DNA of 63,156 nucleotides, the filler included, from Reticulomyxa filosa (taxonomy: Eukaryota; Protista; Foraminifera): the NCBI GenBank assembly GCA_000512085.1. It is 18 parts of 18 records of this genome, joined end to end, with 100 filler letters (N's around TTAATTAATTAA, not from the genome) between each part and the next. Parts side by side here need not be neighbours in the genome. Positions count along the whole stretch, not along the records: positions 22,411 to 28,934 come from ASPP01049281.1; positions 29,035 to 33,983 come from ASPP01020976.1; positions 34,084 to 35,282 come from ASPP01006160.1; positions 35,383 to 36,388 come from ASPP01026206.1; positions 36,489 to 43,990 come from ASPP01003234.1; 13 more parts are not named here. One strand, given 5' to 3'. Of the stretch, positions 23,601 through 36,515 are shown piece after piece. The position numbers and the translations under genes are program-made. Position 1 is the first letter of the stretch. The number at the start of each line of letters is the position of its first letter. The notes beneath the pieces were generated by a model, which saw only the letters and a list, made by a program, of their open reading frames with translations, did not search any database and was not told where the DNA came from.

Positions 23601-24615
23601 TTTCTTTTCTAGTCTTTATTTTTTGTAACAAGTAATCATATAAATATTTTATTAAATTATTAATATTTTTAAAAATTTCTAAAATAAAGACATTACTAAG
23701 TCTCGTAATATTATTTTTCTTTAGTCAGATGACATAACAATATTGTTTTGTGTTATATTGTTTTATCTTTATTATTTTATATTTTTCTTTTTCGTGTAAT
23801 ATCGACTCATGTTTGTTGTATGATATCATATCCTCCTTGTTGCGTAATGTCACTTTTTCTTTATGGTGGGATAAACTTTCTCTTCGTCGTTAAGAAGAAA
23901 ATTCCACTGTCGTCAAATGAAAGATCACTTGAATACTTCTGTCAATCACAAAAGATATTGCTTATCTCACCACTGCAAAATGAATATTTTCATTTACTGA
24001 TAAAACATTGATTTACTGGATGCAAAATTAGTTAAAGAATTAGCAAAGACATTCCGATTTTTTTATTATATGAACCATCTGATAACAATTGCATTTTATA
24101 GATCCTCCAATATTGTCCTTTCGTTCTTCAAGAAAAGGGTTTTGGTATGAAACATGAACATGAAATTTTGCTTTCTATATCTAGTATGTATACCAAATAA
24201 TGAAATATTTTATAAATGTTTCAACTCACTTCATTATTAAGAAAAGATTATACTGGCATCAAGTTTTTTACTTAAACTTTTTCTGTAATTGAACTTTAAA
24301 TTAAAAATTCTCCTTTTGTCAGAAATGGCCAAGCAAGAAAACGAAACTACTTAAACAAGAACAAATATATTATATTCCTTTTTTGTGTAAGAAATAATAA
24401 TCAAATTTACAAATAAAGTCTGTTTTTACTTTCATCTTAAGCAATAAATATTTTATCTACTTCTCACATGATTTCAGCATTTAAGTACTATCTTTTTGTT
24501 TTTAAAAAGTGAAAACAACTTTGTCCTACAAAAATTCTCAATTCAATAAAACTTCAAAAAAACCTACATAATCAATTCATATACATAAACCAAAAGGAAG
24601 TTTACAGAAAAGAAA

Positions 24616-26715
24616 ATGAGTAAGATTGAAGAAGAAAAAAGCAAAGACAGTGCAAAAGCGGACCTAAAATCAGTTCCTCAACAACAGTCTTGCTTCGACA
24701 AAAATTGGATTTTACAACTGAACCAGCAGAAAGACATCAACATTATTTGTTTAATTTGCAAACAAGTCGCCAACAACCCAATGGAAATTAATTGCATTCA
24801 ACACAAAAATGTTAATGAATTATTGATCGTTGGAGGAAATTGCTTAACACAATTTCTTAGTCAAAATCCAAATTCTTGTCCGGTCGAACCTCATGACAAC
24901 TGCATGTATTCTCAAAATCAAATGACGAAACAATACATTAGTGAATTAGATGTGATATGTCCACGACAATTTGCACAAAGACAAATGGCAACTCAACAAG
25001 GACATAAAGAAGGAGAAACACCTGGATTTGCGAATTGTAATTTTAAAGGAAAAGTCAAACAAGTGAATGATCATTTGGAACATTCTTGTTGTCTACAAAT
25101 GGTTAAATGTTGGTTTGAGTCATTTGGATGCAATCATACATGTTTGAAATCTGCGATTCATGGTCATTTGACATCAAATATGAAATTACATTTTGATTTG
25201 GTTATCAAATCATTTGATGCATTACAACAAACTATTCAACAATATCAGGTATCACTATTTATTGTTTTTTTTGGATTTTAACAAAATAATCTATATCCAC
25301 CTTGAAAAAATGCAAATAGGAGGAGATCAGGAAATTAAATTTGGAAAATGAAAGACTCAAAGTTGAAAAAGGTGAAGAGGTTGCGCTTTTGAAACAACAA
25401 TTGAAGCAATATCAAGAAGGAAACTCTGGTCAGGTTTGTCATGCTTTGTTTTGTTTTTAATCGCTCAAAATATCAAAAGTAAGAATATACAATTAAATAG
25501 AAAACAACATTGATCGAAATGGAAAAATTAAAAAAAGATATCGAATCAAAAGATAATGAAATTCAACAAATAAAAAAAGAAATCCAAGAGAAAGAAAAAC
25601 AAACTGTAGAACAAAAAGAAAACAATAAAAATAACAATTTTTCAACATCAATTAATAACATGCAGTCTACTTTAAATTTTGAATTGGCACGTTCTTTTGA
25701 ATTAACCGGGACATTCTTTGGACACGCCAATTGTGTGAATAGTATTGATTGTTCAACATTTGATAGCTGTCAATTCATTTGTTCTGGATCAGATGATAAA
25801 ACAGTTCGTGTATGGGATATTGATAACGACAAACAAATTCAATTATTCAATGGACATTTAGGTCCTGTGTATTGTGCGAAATTTTCATCATATTATTATC
25901 ATAATCATCGTCAAAATGTTGTTTGTTCTTCATCAGATGACAAAACCATTCGTTTTTGGAATATTCGACATAATGAACAATTAAAAGTATTCAATAGACA
26001 CACTGATGGTGTTATTGGCATTGAATTTTCATCATTTAATAGTGGTCGGTACTTGTGTTCTGGATTATGGGACAATACTATTTGTTTATGGGATGTGGAA
26101 ACGTCAAAATTATTACATGTTTTTAATGAACATGAACATGCTGTTTGGTGTGTTGATATTTCACCATTACAAAGCAATAATAAAAGTAATGATATTGGGG
26201 TAATTGGTGGCAATGGATATACAATTTGTTCTGGGTCATTTGATGAAACCATTCGAATATGGGACATTGAAACAACCAAACAATTAAATGTATTCAATGG
26301 ACATAAAAATTACGTGAAAAGCGTAAAATATGGATCAAATGAATTATTAAATACAATATTATCTGGATCAAGTGATTGTAGTGTTCGTTTGTGGGATATT
26401 CGATCTGGTCAACAAATTCAAGTGTTCAATAGACATACAGATTATGTGCGTGCTGTTGAATATTCACCGTTTATCATAAATAATGAAATTGGTGGTAATT
26501 CAAATGTAATATGTTCTGGATCACGTGATAATACAATTCGTTTTTGGGATATTCGATCAAATAAGGATGAATTGCATGTGATTAAAGGAGATAATGGAAT
26601 ATCATGCCTTAAATTTAGTAAATTGAAAAAGAAAGAGAAAAATACAAAGAGAGATACACGTGATTTGAACTTGTTTTATGGTTCAAGCAAAGGGCTCATT
26701 CATATTTATGGATAA
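24616..26715 (+). CDS. RING-like/TRAF zinc-finger - coiled-coil - WD40 protein (TRAF7-like architecture)
   Basis: Exons 24616-25248, 25320-25433, 25501-26715, all phase 0. CLICKQV...CIQH...CP (degenerate RING); CNFKGK...DHLEHSC and [10 protein letters not shown]...HL (TRAF-type zinc fingers); EK-rich coil; 6-7 WD40 repeats. Confidence 0.85.
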
Positions 26716-27412
26716 TTTGCTTTTTGTCCAGTAAGAAATGAAATTTTTTAAAAAATACGATTAAAAGAAAGTAAAATATTAAACTTTGAAAGATGTGTTC
26801 TTTTTTTACCTTGTTTAAAAAAGTCAAAAAAGCTACGTTCAGTGTTTTTTAAGAATTCAAAAGCATAATAAATTAAAAATTGTAGCAAAATAGCAAAATA
26901 AATTGCAGGATACTTAAAGTATTGTGTTTTTTGTATAGCATCGAACAATTGTCTTGGTAGTTCATGCTATTCATCTTTTCTATTTTGAAGAATTCAAAGT
27001 ATTATTTAAAAATTTGAATATATTGTTATACATGTTCTTTGACAAACCGGAACAATCAGAAAAAAGGAAATGAAGTTAATTGTGTAATCTTTTTTCCTTG
27101 TTTTGCTCCCAATTATATGTGTATTTCCATAAATAATTCGATCTTTCTTGGTATTTAACAGTAAAAAAAATATTTATACAAGAAAATAAGTTCAAGACAT
27201 AATGGGTTGCTCAGAAATTGAAAGTAAATTCTGTACAGCACTTTTGTTTAATGATTTTTTAAAAAAGATGGTGATTCGTTTTACTTTGCAACAACCACAC
27301 AATACTTGACATCACAATAACAAACAACAAAGTAGAGAAAGAGACAGAGAAATTTGAGGGATCAACATAAAGAAAAATTATTATTTAAAATTGTAAAAAA
27401 GTTATTTGTTGT

Positions 27413-28934
27413 TTACTTGCGGAGGTGTTCGCGCATTTGTGCCGCATCAAATCGAGAATAACTGTCCATCATCAGGCCGTAGCATTCTTTAACCACTTTA
27501 TCGCACAAATCCAATACTTGTTTATAATATTTTATTCTCATTTCATCTGTTTTGTAAAAAGTGGCAAGCTGAGATGATTTAATTTTTTTCGGTTTATTGC
27601 TGTTCAATTGTTTTTCATTGGCCAAAAATGACGACGCCTGTGCTGGCATTAAAGCCCCTCCAAAATTTTTGTTTCCATCATCTTCCACAACATCATCTTT
27701 TTCCACATCTTCGTCACTATCTTCGTTCCTGATAAATCCTTGGGAATCCACAATGACTTCAACCAATTCTTCGTTTCCTTTATAATTTTTTTGTGCGTTA
27801 ACAAACACAGAGGGGTACCCGCAAAAGTGTTTGCGCACGTAACAAAACATGTACAAGTGATAAACATAATACGCACGTACAAACCTGGCGATGTTGAGCC
27901 CAGGGTGCCTTGCGGTGTGCTGTGATACAAGCTTTTCACAACATCTTCGAAATTGTCTATTCCAAAATCAAATCGAACAGTTTCGCAATAATTCTTCCAT
28001 TCGTCTTTGGTGGCAGAGGGCAAGTTCAGTTCGAAATGAGCTCGCGTGGAAACATATTTTTCATATAGCAATAGCATCTTCATTTCAATTGTAAAGTCGG
28101 TGTGCACAATATGAGATTGTGGTGAGAATTGGTAAAATCCTACGTTGTGAACTTTTTCAAACGCTTTCTGTCGTTCCGAGTCTACCAATGGAACTAGTTC
28201 TAATGCCATTTGATTTACCTTTTTTTTTTTTTTTTAATAATAAAAAAAAAGTATATTTTTTGTATGTTATTGGTTGTCGTTGTTGTTGCTAAAGGTTCAA
28301 ACAAAACAAATGTATACATATATATTTATATGTATTTATTTATTTATTTATGTATACATTTCCATGCAAGCAACAAGATTTTCAACACTAAATTCTCGCT
28401 GCAAATGTGCAACAAACAAATCAAATATCTCTTTGCTTTTCATCGATTCACTAAATTGCAACTTTTTTTGCTCTTTCATCTCTCTATTCAAATTCTCTAA
28501 CAAGCTATCGGTAATCAATCGGCAACGATGAACCACATATGCCGTTTGTATCATTGACAACACTTTTTGTTGAGGTTCATCGAACATTCACACAAACCCA
28601 AAAAAAAAAAAAACTATTACATATGTATTTTTTTTTTTGCTAGGTCATGGGGAGGGGGGGGGGAGAGGGGGGAAAAAAAGAAGACATACGAAAAGCCCCA
28701 AAGGACACGCAAAGGCTAAGGAAAAATTGTGCCACCCACCAATTTGAGATGACAAGCAAAATGAAAAGGAGTAAACAAATGAAGGGGATGACAATGAAAA
28801 TGCCAAATATCAGCCTCAGTTCCTTTCGAATGTGGAACACATCTGAAAAATCATTAATGTTTGGCAGTCGCCTCCAAATTCTCCAGACTATTCCAAGCGC
28901 ACATAAGCACAGAATTCCACTGTATCCATCCGCT
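27413..28934 (-). CDS. Multi-pass transmembrane RGS protein (7TM-RGS-like), 5'-truncated, multi-exon
   Basis: Hydrophobic helices around DVFHIRKEL, then RGS motifs FVAHLQREFSVENL, LYEKYVSTRAHFELNL and CYGLMMDSYSRF, with an acidic insertion before the last helix. One junction near 28219 needs a 1-nt correction. Confidence 0.8.
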
Positions 28935-29034
28935 NNNNNNNNNNNNNNNNNNNNNNNNNNNNNNNNNNNNNNNNNNNNTTAATTAATTAANNNNNNNNNN
29001 NNNNNNNNNNNNNNNNNNNNNNNNNNNNNNNNNN

Positions 29035-29658
29035 ATTTAAATGTTTCTCTTCGTGATAACTTACATTCAATTCTTCTTCTTCTTCTTCTTTTTCTTCGTC
29101 TTCATCTTCATCTTGTTTTTTCTCTTCTTCTTCCTCAGTGTTCTTGTTCCCTTCTTCATCGTTCTCGTTGTCTTCCTCCTCTTTCGCACTCTCATCGTTG
29201 GAATAGTCGGCCATCCACTTGTGACTACGCTTTTTCGTCCTTCCCGTTCTTCTCTTCTTTCCTTTCTTCTGTCCTCGTTTGGGCGAGTTGCTTGTGTCCG
29301 TGTTTAGCGATTGCGAGTGAGACTTTTCCATGGTCTTGTTGTTGTTACTGTTTTCTTCGTCGGGTGGGTCCACTAGACGGATCGAAGGCGTTGCTGGCAA
29401 CATTTTGGCTCCTGTTTTTATCTGGGTGAGGCCTATTGCAGGGCCTGACAACTCTTCACTTCCTTTGTCGTGGTTCGCTAGCATCGCTATGTTTTCTATG
29501 TCATCACGGCCTGTTAAGTCTATTGCCGATGTCATACTCTCCGTTCCACCTTTCGATTCGCTACCGTTGGTCGGCAAGTTGCCGCTAGTTTCTTCACGTG
29601 AAAGTGGAAGAGATGATGCTTTTTTTAAATAGCGATTAGATAATGAGTCCATTTGCAA
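29035..29658 (-). CDS. Hypothetical low-complexity protein (basic patch then acidic tract), 3'-truncated
   Basis: About 208 open codons from the ATG to the contig end, with an NLS-like PKRGQKKGKKRR and an E/D-rich tract. Confidence 0.55.
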
Positions 29659-30072
29659 ATGTTTGTTTCTTCAAAGTTTGCAACACTAGAACCTCATCAA
29701 TAAGACATTATCCGCAAAAGGGAAAAGCCAAACATGGAAAAATCCTCTTACAACAAACTGTTGTTTTTTTTTTTGGGAAAAAAAATAATGGTGTTATCGA
29801 AGTGATGGGACCTTTGAAAGCCCAGCAAATCATTGAAATTATGCCAAATAATCAGCACAGTTGCATAAATTTTCGGTTATTTTTTCTTCATCCTCAATTG
29901 TTTTTTTGCCTGTTAATTCTCACCTCCTCCCCCTCTCCCTTCTATTTACAACGATTTAAAAACAAGAACAAAACAAAAAAAAAAAAAGATAAGCAGTAAA
30001 AGAGATTCGAAAGAAATCGAAAAGTAAAAAAACCAAAAAAAAAAAAAAAAAAAAAGCAAAACAAAAAGAAAA

Positions 30073-33000
30073 CTACGTCTCCAAAGTGTCGACAAGTGCA
30101 TTCACCAGGGATGAATTAGAGCCAATACTTGGAGTGACGTCAGACGGGCTTTTTTCCTTTTCCATTTCTTTTTTCTTTTCGCTTTCTTGTCTGTTCAAAT
30201 CGATCGCCAGTTTGTGGACATCATTTTTGACTTGTTCCGAGGTTTGTCTATTATGTGAAACGTCGATGGGGCTGCTCGTGGGAGACTCTTTCTCCTCCAC
30301 TGTAAGATCAATTGATGGTGCGGTTGTATGTGTAAGGTGTGGGCTTTCAATTTGTATTTTCAATTCTTTTTCTTTTTTTTGTTCCGGTTCTTGTTCTTGT
30401 GCATGCGCATGTGCATGTTCCGGCTCTTTTTCCTGCACATGCTCGTGTAGAAGCTCTTTTTCTTGTTCGGGCTCGTTTTCTTGTTCGTCTTTAATGATGA
30501 GGGGCAAGTTGTCTTTTTTGGGACTATTAAATTGTAGACTGTTGTCAATGGACTGGACTGGATGTTCGGTGCTCTCCAATGTGGTCATTTCGACTTGTTT
30601 GTAATTGATCGGTTGGACGATTTCAATTATGTCGTGCTTTGCGGTTCGTTTGGATGTGTCCGTCACCGATGGTTCACTAGGTATTTGTCCGCCAAGGGGT
30701 GTGACGTCCATGATGTTGATTTCACTGGTGCTTCGAGGACTGCCAACTTTGGTCGGGCCCATTTCAATACCGAGCTGCTCTGAAGTGACCATTTCATCGC
30801 TTTGCGTTTTGCTGACCACTTCTGGAAGCTTTGTCGAAGTTTGAGCCAAGGACTCCAAGCTGTTGAGGACTTGTGTCATTTCCTCATCCGACAAATGCGA
30901 AAAGAGATACGCCTCGATTTGAATACCATATTTGTATATCCCACGCTTCTCTGCAGGCACCTCCAACGCTGTCACTTCCGTCAACACGTTGTCCACGACA
31001 AAGTTCACAAAAGTCCACGCCAACGCCCACAACGAGAACCAAATGCTGGAATGGTGTAAGAACAATACGCCTATGGGAATTGCCACGAGCAATGGGATGC
31101 GAGTTACATAAGACCACCAGGGATACAGAAACTTGTTGTGCGTGAAACGGAGGCCATACATTGCTATATGAATTTAGTTATGAGTTTTTCCTTTTGTGAT
31201 ATGTTCTTTACTTGAGAGCATACAATTATATGTATATATGTATATGTATATATGTATATATGTATATATGTATATATGCATATATGTATATAATTGTATA
31301 ACTGAAAATGGCTCCGCTGATACAAATACCTAACATCCACAAGTATCGCAGTTTGGGTTTTTGCTTGTCATCAGTCACTTCATTGTGAAGTGATTGGAAT
31401 ATCAATTTCCATGAAATCCCCACCAACATCAACAAATAAGCCAGTAGGCCATGCAACACCGTCCACACCACCGGATGAAGAGATCTTTTTTTACTGTTCA
31501 AATCAAAAGGGATCAAAGATCAAACATTAATGCAAATGTACACATATATGCACACATATTATTTAAATAATAACAAAGGAAATGAAAAGACATGCAAATA
31601 AACTTCAAAGCATGATCTTGCGCGACAACAGTGGCGGTTTGTATATAAATGTCTTTAAGACAAAACATGATCCCAAAAGTGGCAATGATGGCCACATAGT
31701 CCCTCCATCCGTTATCGAAATCACCAAAAGAAGTGATCAAAGCCAAAATGCTCTCTCCAATGGTAAGGATGATAAACAGCCCCCAGCGTTGCGTGATGCG
31801 TTCATAGGTCCATATTGACATTTGACTGGTCTTTCCCTCGCTGGTGGTCACCACTCCTTTTTTTTTTTTTTTTTTAAACATGTTTGCGTGTTCCCTTTAT
31901 TGCAAAACAAAGCAAAAGAATACAAGACAAGTACGACAGAGCCCAAACCGGAATGAGTTGATGGACATGTACAAAATGAGAACAGCGACAAGCAAAAGTA
32001 CGGTGATATGTATGGCTTGATCGGTGGTGGTGTATCCAAATGCCAAAATGCCAATGGCCAGAAAGTATAATGTGATGCGTCGACGACAGTAAATGCGAGA
32101 CCTGGGCAGGTGATGTGAGTAGACGGTATGCAATGCGACGAGTGACACAAAGCAAAGCAAATAGCCGACGGCAAAGTCGTGATATTGTCCAATGAGATGG
32201 TGTTGTGCGTTCATTTGCAAGCACATTAGCACCACTCCTGCTATCACTCCAAACTTACAAAAGTCATCCAACCGACTGTGTGGGATTTTGCTGAACCTAT
32301 ACTTTTTTTTTTTTTTTTTTGCAAAGGGGAGAGAAATATTTGTGGACTTTCCTCTTATTTTTATTTATTTATTTTTTTTTTCTTGCTTCCTATTAAAAAA
32401 AAAAAAAAACTAACCGGATTGAAGTGACAGACAATTCATGCCAAACCACAAAAAATTGGAAAAAGATTAAAGCGTTTTCTGCAAATAATCGAGGCCATTT
32501 GCCGTGATGCAACAATGTCATGGTTTGGAATTGTTCTGTTTAAATTATTTTTTTTTTTGCCAAGTTTCAAAAAAAAAAGCAAATTAACATAAACATGTAT
32601 GAAATGACGAGCACAGGAAAAAAAAGTCGAAGATGAAACATTTTTATGTTTGTTACGTAAGGAACACCTGCAAAGTTGATAAGGACAGCAACGAAAATGA
32701 GATGAGAAAATTGTTCCCACCAACTGTATTTACAAATGCTTTCCAATCATCCAACTTATCGGACAACTCTTTGGATTGTTTTGACGCCTCTGTTTTTGCA
32801 TCTGTATGCACCTCTGCGTTGGCATTGACATTAACATTGACATTGACATTGACATTGACATTGACATTGGTATCTGCATGTATATCTGGATTTGTATTTG
32901 TATTTGTATTTGTGTTTGTATTTGCATTTGCATCTGCCTCAATGTCCAAATGCAATTGTACATCGTCTTTCTTAGACTCGTCTTTCTTGGATTCTTCGTT

Positions 33001-33855
33001 GAACTCATCTTTTCGGATGGCGGTGAGATTGTTCGACCCGATCATCGGATGATGGACGGGATCCGATTGCGCCGGGACGTCGTTGCCCGTGGCATTATCC
33101 AGCAGTGCATTGGCGAGATCGCTCGACTTTCCAAAGGTCAGCGTATCCATTCTGTAATTCAGGCTAAGCATTGACCCTTTTCTTTGTATGGGGTCGCCGC
33201 GTTTCTTCGCTTTCGGGTTGTCTCCTGACGCCGCCGACGAGCTATCGGCTTGGTGGTGGTGGTGGTGATCATCGCTAGTGTCCAACTCCCGGTTTTCCGC
33301 GTTCAACGTTATTGCGTCCAGAAGCAAGTGTGTCCAATCGTATTCCCCCACGCCAAATATGAATTCTGCTTTCTATTCGATTTTTAATTCAATTCAACTG
33401 ATCAAATAAATATACCATATATTAGTATATGCATGTACATAATAATAGTAACCTGCACAACCGTTTGTACATGCCCTGGTATGATTTCGTAATTGGGCAA
33501 AAGATACCAATCCATGATGGCCAACACAAGTGTGCTGAGGAAACACCAGATGACAGTTTCTGCGGAATTGGTGGTCCAGTACACCCCAAGTGGACACAGG
33601 ATCAAAGGAATGAGTCGGAGGAAGCTGGGCAAGCTCGTCATGAATTTGGAATGGCAGATGCGGATTAAGAGCAGCGTTCCGATGCTAAGAGTCACCGCCA
33701 GCGTGACAATCACACGGAATGCCAATGGGCAAGTCACCAGTCTGCGCCAAAGAACAATAGTTGCAGCCCAATGCCAATGTGCAGCAAAAAGAATCCTAGC
33801 AGCACGTGTGCCACCACCCAAACGACACCACTTGGAGTCTGCGATTTATTCAACG
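30073..33855 (-). CDS. Polytopic membrane protein with two tandem LtrA-like domains (5'-truncated) and a long disordered C-tail
   Basis: Exons 33855-33453, 33372-32668, 32535-32415, 32296-~31935, 31856-~31605, 31494-31303, 31163-30073. LtrA-like motifs SWWEQFSHLIFVA and ERITQRWGLFIILTIGESI. The first exon aligns with the C-half of the second domain. Frameshifts at about 33745 and 32730. Confidence 0.7.
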
Positions 33856-33948
33856 CTATTGCCCGTTTTGTTTTTTTTTTTTTATCAAAGCGTTTACTCA
33901 AAAAAAAAAAAAATTTTATTTTGATTGAAAACGCGATCACTTTTTTTT

Positions 33949-33983
<35 letters not shown>

Positions 33984-34083
33984 NNNNNNNNNNNNNNNNN
34001 NNNNNNNNNNNNNNNNNNNNNNNNNNNTTAATTAATTAANNNNNNNNNNNNNNNNNNNNNNNNNNNNNNNNNNNNNNNNNNNN

Positions 34084-34126
<43 letters not shown>

Positions 34127-34129
34127 CAG

Positions 34130-35260
34130 AGATCAAATGTGGGAGATACTTCGATTGGAAGATTTCTTGGGTCAGTACAACCACGGCGTGATAATAGAGT
34201 GTTTGGGAAAGACAGAATATACAAACAAAGAGAGTGATGAGTTGATAGAAAAGCTATCGACAAGCACGTTGTCGAACAAAACATTGAAAGTGGGCGTGTT
34301 GCGAGGCTATTGCGACTCGGAGCACGAATGGTGTTTGGATTGGTGTGGATTTTCTCTGCTCGGCTCCCGTCACAATGTGTGTATGCATTGTAAAAAGAGC
34401 TTTTCCAATCCTGTGCTTTGGCTCACTGGCATTTCCCGTGATCACGACAACACTGTCCAGTCTCTGTGTGGCCTTTGTGTCGTTGGAGCGCATTTGGAGG
34501 TATGTGTATTTTTACTACAATCATTTACTGAGGTCATGTTTGGGATCTTTTTTTCTTTGCGTTAGACATTAAATCCCACATTCGTTGGAATCGACAAATA
34601 CTTTGACGCTGCTTGCAACGACTTGAATCGACGCGAGGGAAAGGCACTCTGTTTTGCCCATCGATTGTTCACTTCCACACCGTTACGTCTCACTCTATGT
34701 GTGTGTGTGTGTGTGTGAAGCCCCCTTTTTTTTTTTTTTTTTTGAACAAAGTTTAAACTCAAGTAACGTTTTTCTGACACAAAGGCGTTTGCTGCTCACC
34801 GTGTGCAATCGAATCGACGACGCACAAGGCGATTCGAAGAGAATGCAAGAGATCCCGCAAATGTTGAAATTGTTAAGACACACGATACTTGTTTGATTTA
34901 AAATAAAGACATGGCTTTTTTTTTGAAACATATTTTCTTAAAAAAAAAAAAAAGCATGGAAGAGTGGGTCGAGTTACTGTTCGAAGAAGACTTCCCCGCA
35001 CACAGCGTGGCGAGAAATGGACTAAATCAACTGATCTCGCGCATGCTGCAGCTGTTTCCGTGTGACAAGTCGAGCACAACGCACAAGTCGATCTTTGAAG
35101 CGACGCAAAGACTGTTGATTGCGTATCGCAATCACAATCTGCATCACTCGTGTCAAAGTACTGCGGAAGAGGGTTTAGATTGGACCGTCGATCATCTCAT
35201 TCAACTGGGCAAGGCCGATCTCCCTTCTAAATTTCTCTTTAAATTTCTGTCGCAATATCA
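34130..35260 (+). CDS. Hypothetical multi-exon protein fragment with CxxC pairs
   Basis: Four GC-richer exon-like blocks separated by GT-AG introns with poly-T/A or (TG)n; CMHC and CGLC pairs. No family recognised. Confidence 0.5.
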
Positions 35261-36074
35261 GTTTAATTTTTTTTTTTTTTTTNNNNNNNNNNNNNNNNNN
35301 NNNNNNNNNNNNNNNNNNNNNNNNNNTTAATTAATTAANNNNNNNNNNNNNNNNNNNNNNNNNNNNNNNNNNNNNNNNNNNNGTATATAACATAGGTCTC
35401 CAAAGAATACCACTGCTATCAAGAAATTGGAAGTGGCTGTAGTGATTGCGGTGTCAAGAGGAGTGAAGTAAAGTGCAAACAACGCCAAATTTGTGGCATA
35501 TTTGATCGCAAGTATTTAACGCTTGCCTCAATATTTTGATTGGAAAAAGTTGTCTTTTTGGTGTGAATTGTACTTTTTTTTGATTTTTCTTTAATAACAA
35601 TTTTAATGTCCCATCTCCAGCTCACCTGAAATCTTTTATCAAATTATAATCTCAAAAAATTTCTGAACTTCAATATTTTAAATCGAAAAAAAGCGCGTTA
35701 GATTGTGCGAAAGGAATTGGTTTTTGCCACTGTTAGCAAAAAAGATTTCAAGTGTCATGTAGGAGTAAATGAAGAAAAGAATATGTATGCAATAGTATTC
35801 GTTATTTTTGCCTTTTTTTAAAAAAAGTTATAGTCGAACAATCTCTAAAACAATGTTTCCCTTTTTTTTTTTTTTTGGAAAAAACGAGACCGTTCCAAAA
35901 TTTTTCTAAGTATCTGTGGCGACAACGTTTTTGCCGAATACTTCTCGCGAAAATCAAATTTGGATTTGCTGTGCTTGTTGACTTATCCTTTTCCCGTTGC
36001 GTTGTCAGTCCCCGGAATATATTCACAATTTGTTGTTGGGACAGTCTTGTCCATCAACAACTTTCCACTGTACA

Positions 36075-36388
36075 TTAGTACTCTTCGGGAACCCACCAGA
36101 ACCTACGATATTGGTATCCGTTGTACGAAGCATCGACTTGGAGTGCAAACAATTTGGGACAATGTGACATGTAATTTTGAAAAACTGAATGACGATAAAG
36201 TTTATGTGACGGCAATCCGCCGTTTTCGCAACATACAACAAATGACTCCTTGTCAACAACAATCATCCAATACTGGAGATTGTCCGTCATGTCGCATATG
36301 TAAAGCGTCTCATGGTGATTCAAATAGTCCAAATTCTCCTTATCTATCGTTACCTCACGGGCCATTCGTAAGTATTCCTGGACACTTC
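36075..36388 (-). CDS. Hypothetical protein fragment
   Basis: Open from the contig end with protein-like composition. A competing plus-strand ORF (35960-36388) overlaps it, so the strand is unresolved. Confidence 0.3.
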
Positions 36389-36515
36389 NNNNNNNNNNNN
36401 NNNNNNNNNNNNNNNNNNNNNNNNNNNNNNNNTTAATTAATTAANNNNNNNNNNNNNNNNNNNNNNNNNNNNNNNNNNNNNNNNNNNNAAAAAAAAAAAA
36501 AAAAATTAATAAAGA

